A stretch of 64,000 bases of DNA from Lytechinus pictus (lineage: Eukaryota): positions 7,442,001-7,506,000 of the forward strand of contig NC_087246.1 of assembly GCF_037042905.1 (NCBI RefSeq). The letters run 5' to 3'. Positions within the stretch are counted from its first letter, which is position 1. Each line of letters begins with the position of its first letter. A program made the translations under genes and the position numbers. This document shows positions 63,492 through 64,000 of this stretch, piece after piece. The notes beneath the pieces are model-generated. The model did not search any database and was not told where the DNA came from. It was given only the letters and a program-made list of their open reading frames with translations.

Positions 63492-64000
63492 CTGGTCTCA
63501 CGCGCGTTAAACATTCCCATAGACTTGTGTGTTAAAATGGCACTTAACAAAAATTCATAAAAAATAAATGTGAAATTAGAGGGTCGAATGTTTACTACCT
63601 TTGGATCTGACATTCCATATCTGACCAGAGAAGGGTATCGTAGCCAGCTCATTTTAAAAATAAATCGCCATTTATGAAGATAACTATGATGGGATCAAAT
63701 TCATCAATTGGAACAGTAAAATAGCCCCAATTCTTCCGCCAGTAAAAATAGTGCCAAATCATTGATATACTATCTTCCCAATTTGGGCAAAGGAAGTTCA
63801 GTGGTTACCATTCAAGAATCAGTTTTAGATTTTGAATCATATTCATACATTTTTGTCAATCAGCAATATCAAATTGAAAAATTTCGAATGGGTTGGGTCG
63901 AACGAATATCTTTAGCCCTCCTGATGTAATTAGGCTCATGGCACCTACTGCGGCGAACCAAATCATAGGGCTCACACATGTCGACACGGAATCCGGCTCC

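Overview
AT-rich, intron-containing eukaryotic DNA. The repeat families and the NLR-type LRR exons suggest an echinoderm, probably a sea urchin (inference). Three host genes are supported. (1) The last two coding exons of a TLC-domain (TLCD1/2-like) membrane protein on + (512-594, 7109-7501). (2) A 302-aa acidic, helical protein with two hydrophobic segments and an uninterrupted CDS on - (18986-19894); its function is unknown and it may insert into membranes. (3) A multi-exon LRR gene of NLR type on - (exons from 43149 down to a stop at 32319), with no NACHT exon visible in the window. Much of the rest is nested transposons: Helentron/HINE-like elements with ~160-bp internal tandem repeats; MITEs with 8-bp, TTAA, TA and CWG target duplications; two decayed CR1/L2-group LINEs, one carrying a 2A-like GDIKPNPGP motif; a 3.57-kb near-perfect palindromic element with a 6-bp TSD; a MITE nested three deep in its own family; and a Penelope-like insert with a minimal hammerhead motif. 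The two most unusual small elements are a 7SL (Alu-domain)-headed SINE-like sequence (17813-17992) and a fully paired tRNA cloverleaf with a UCA (UGA-reading) anticodon inside a 92-bp inverted repeat (25288-25359). All calls were made by eye; no database searches were run.
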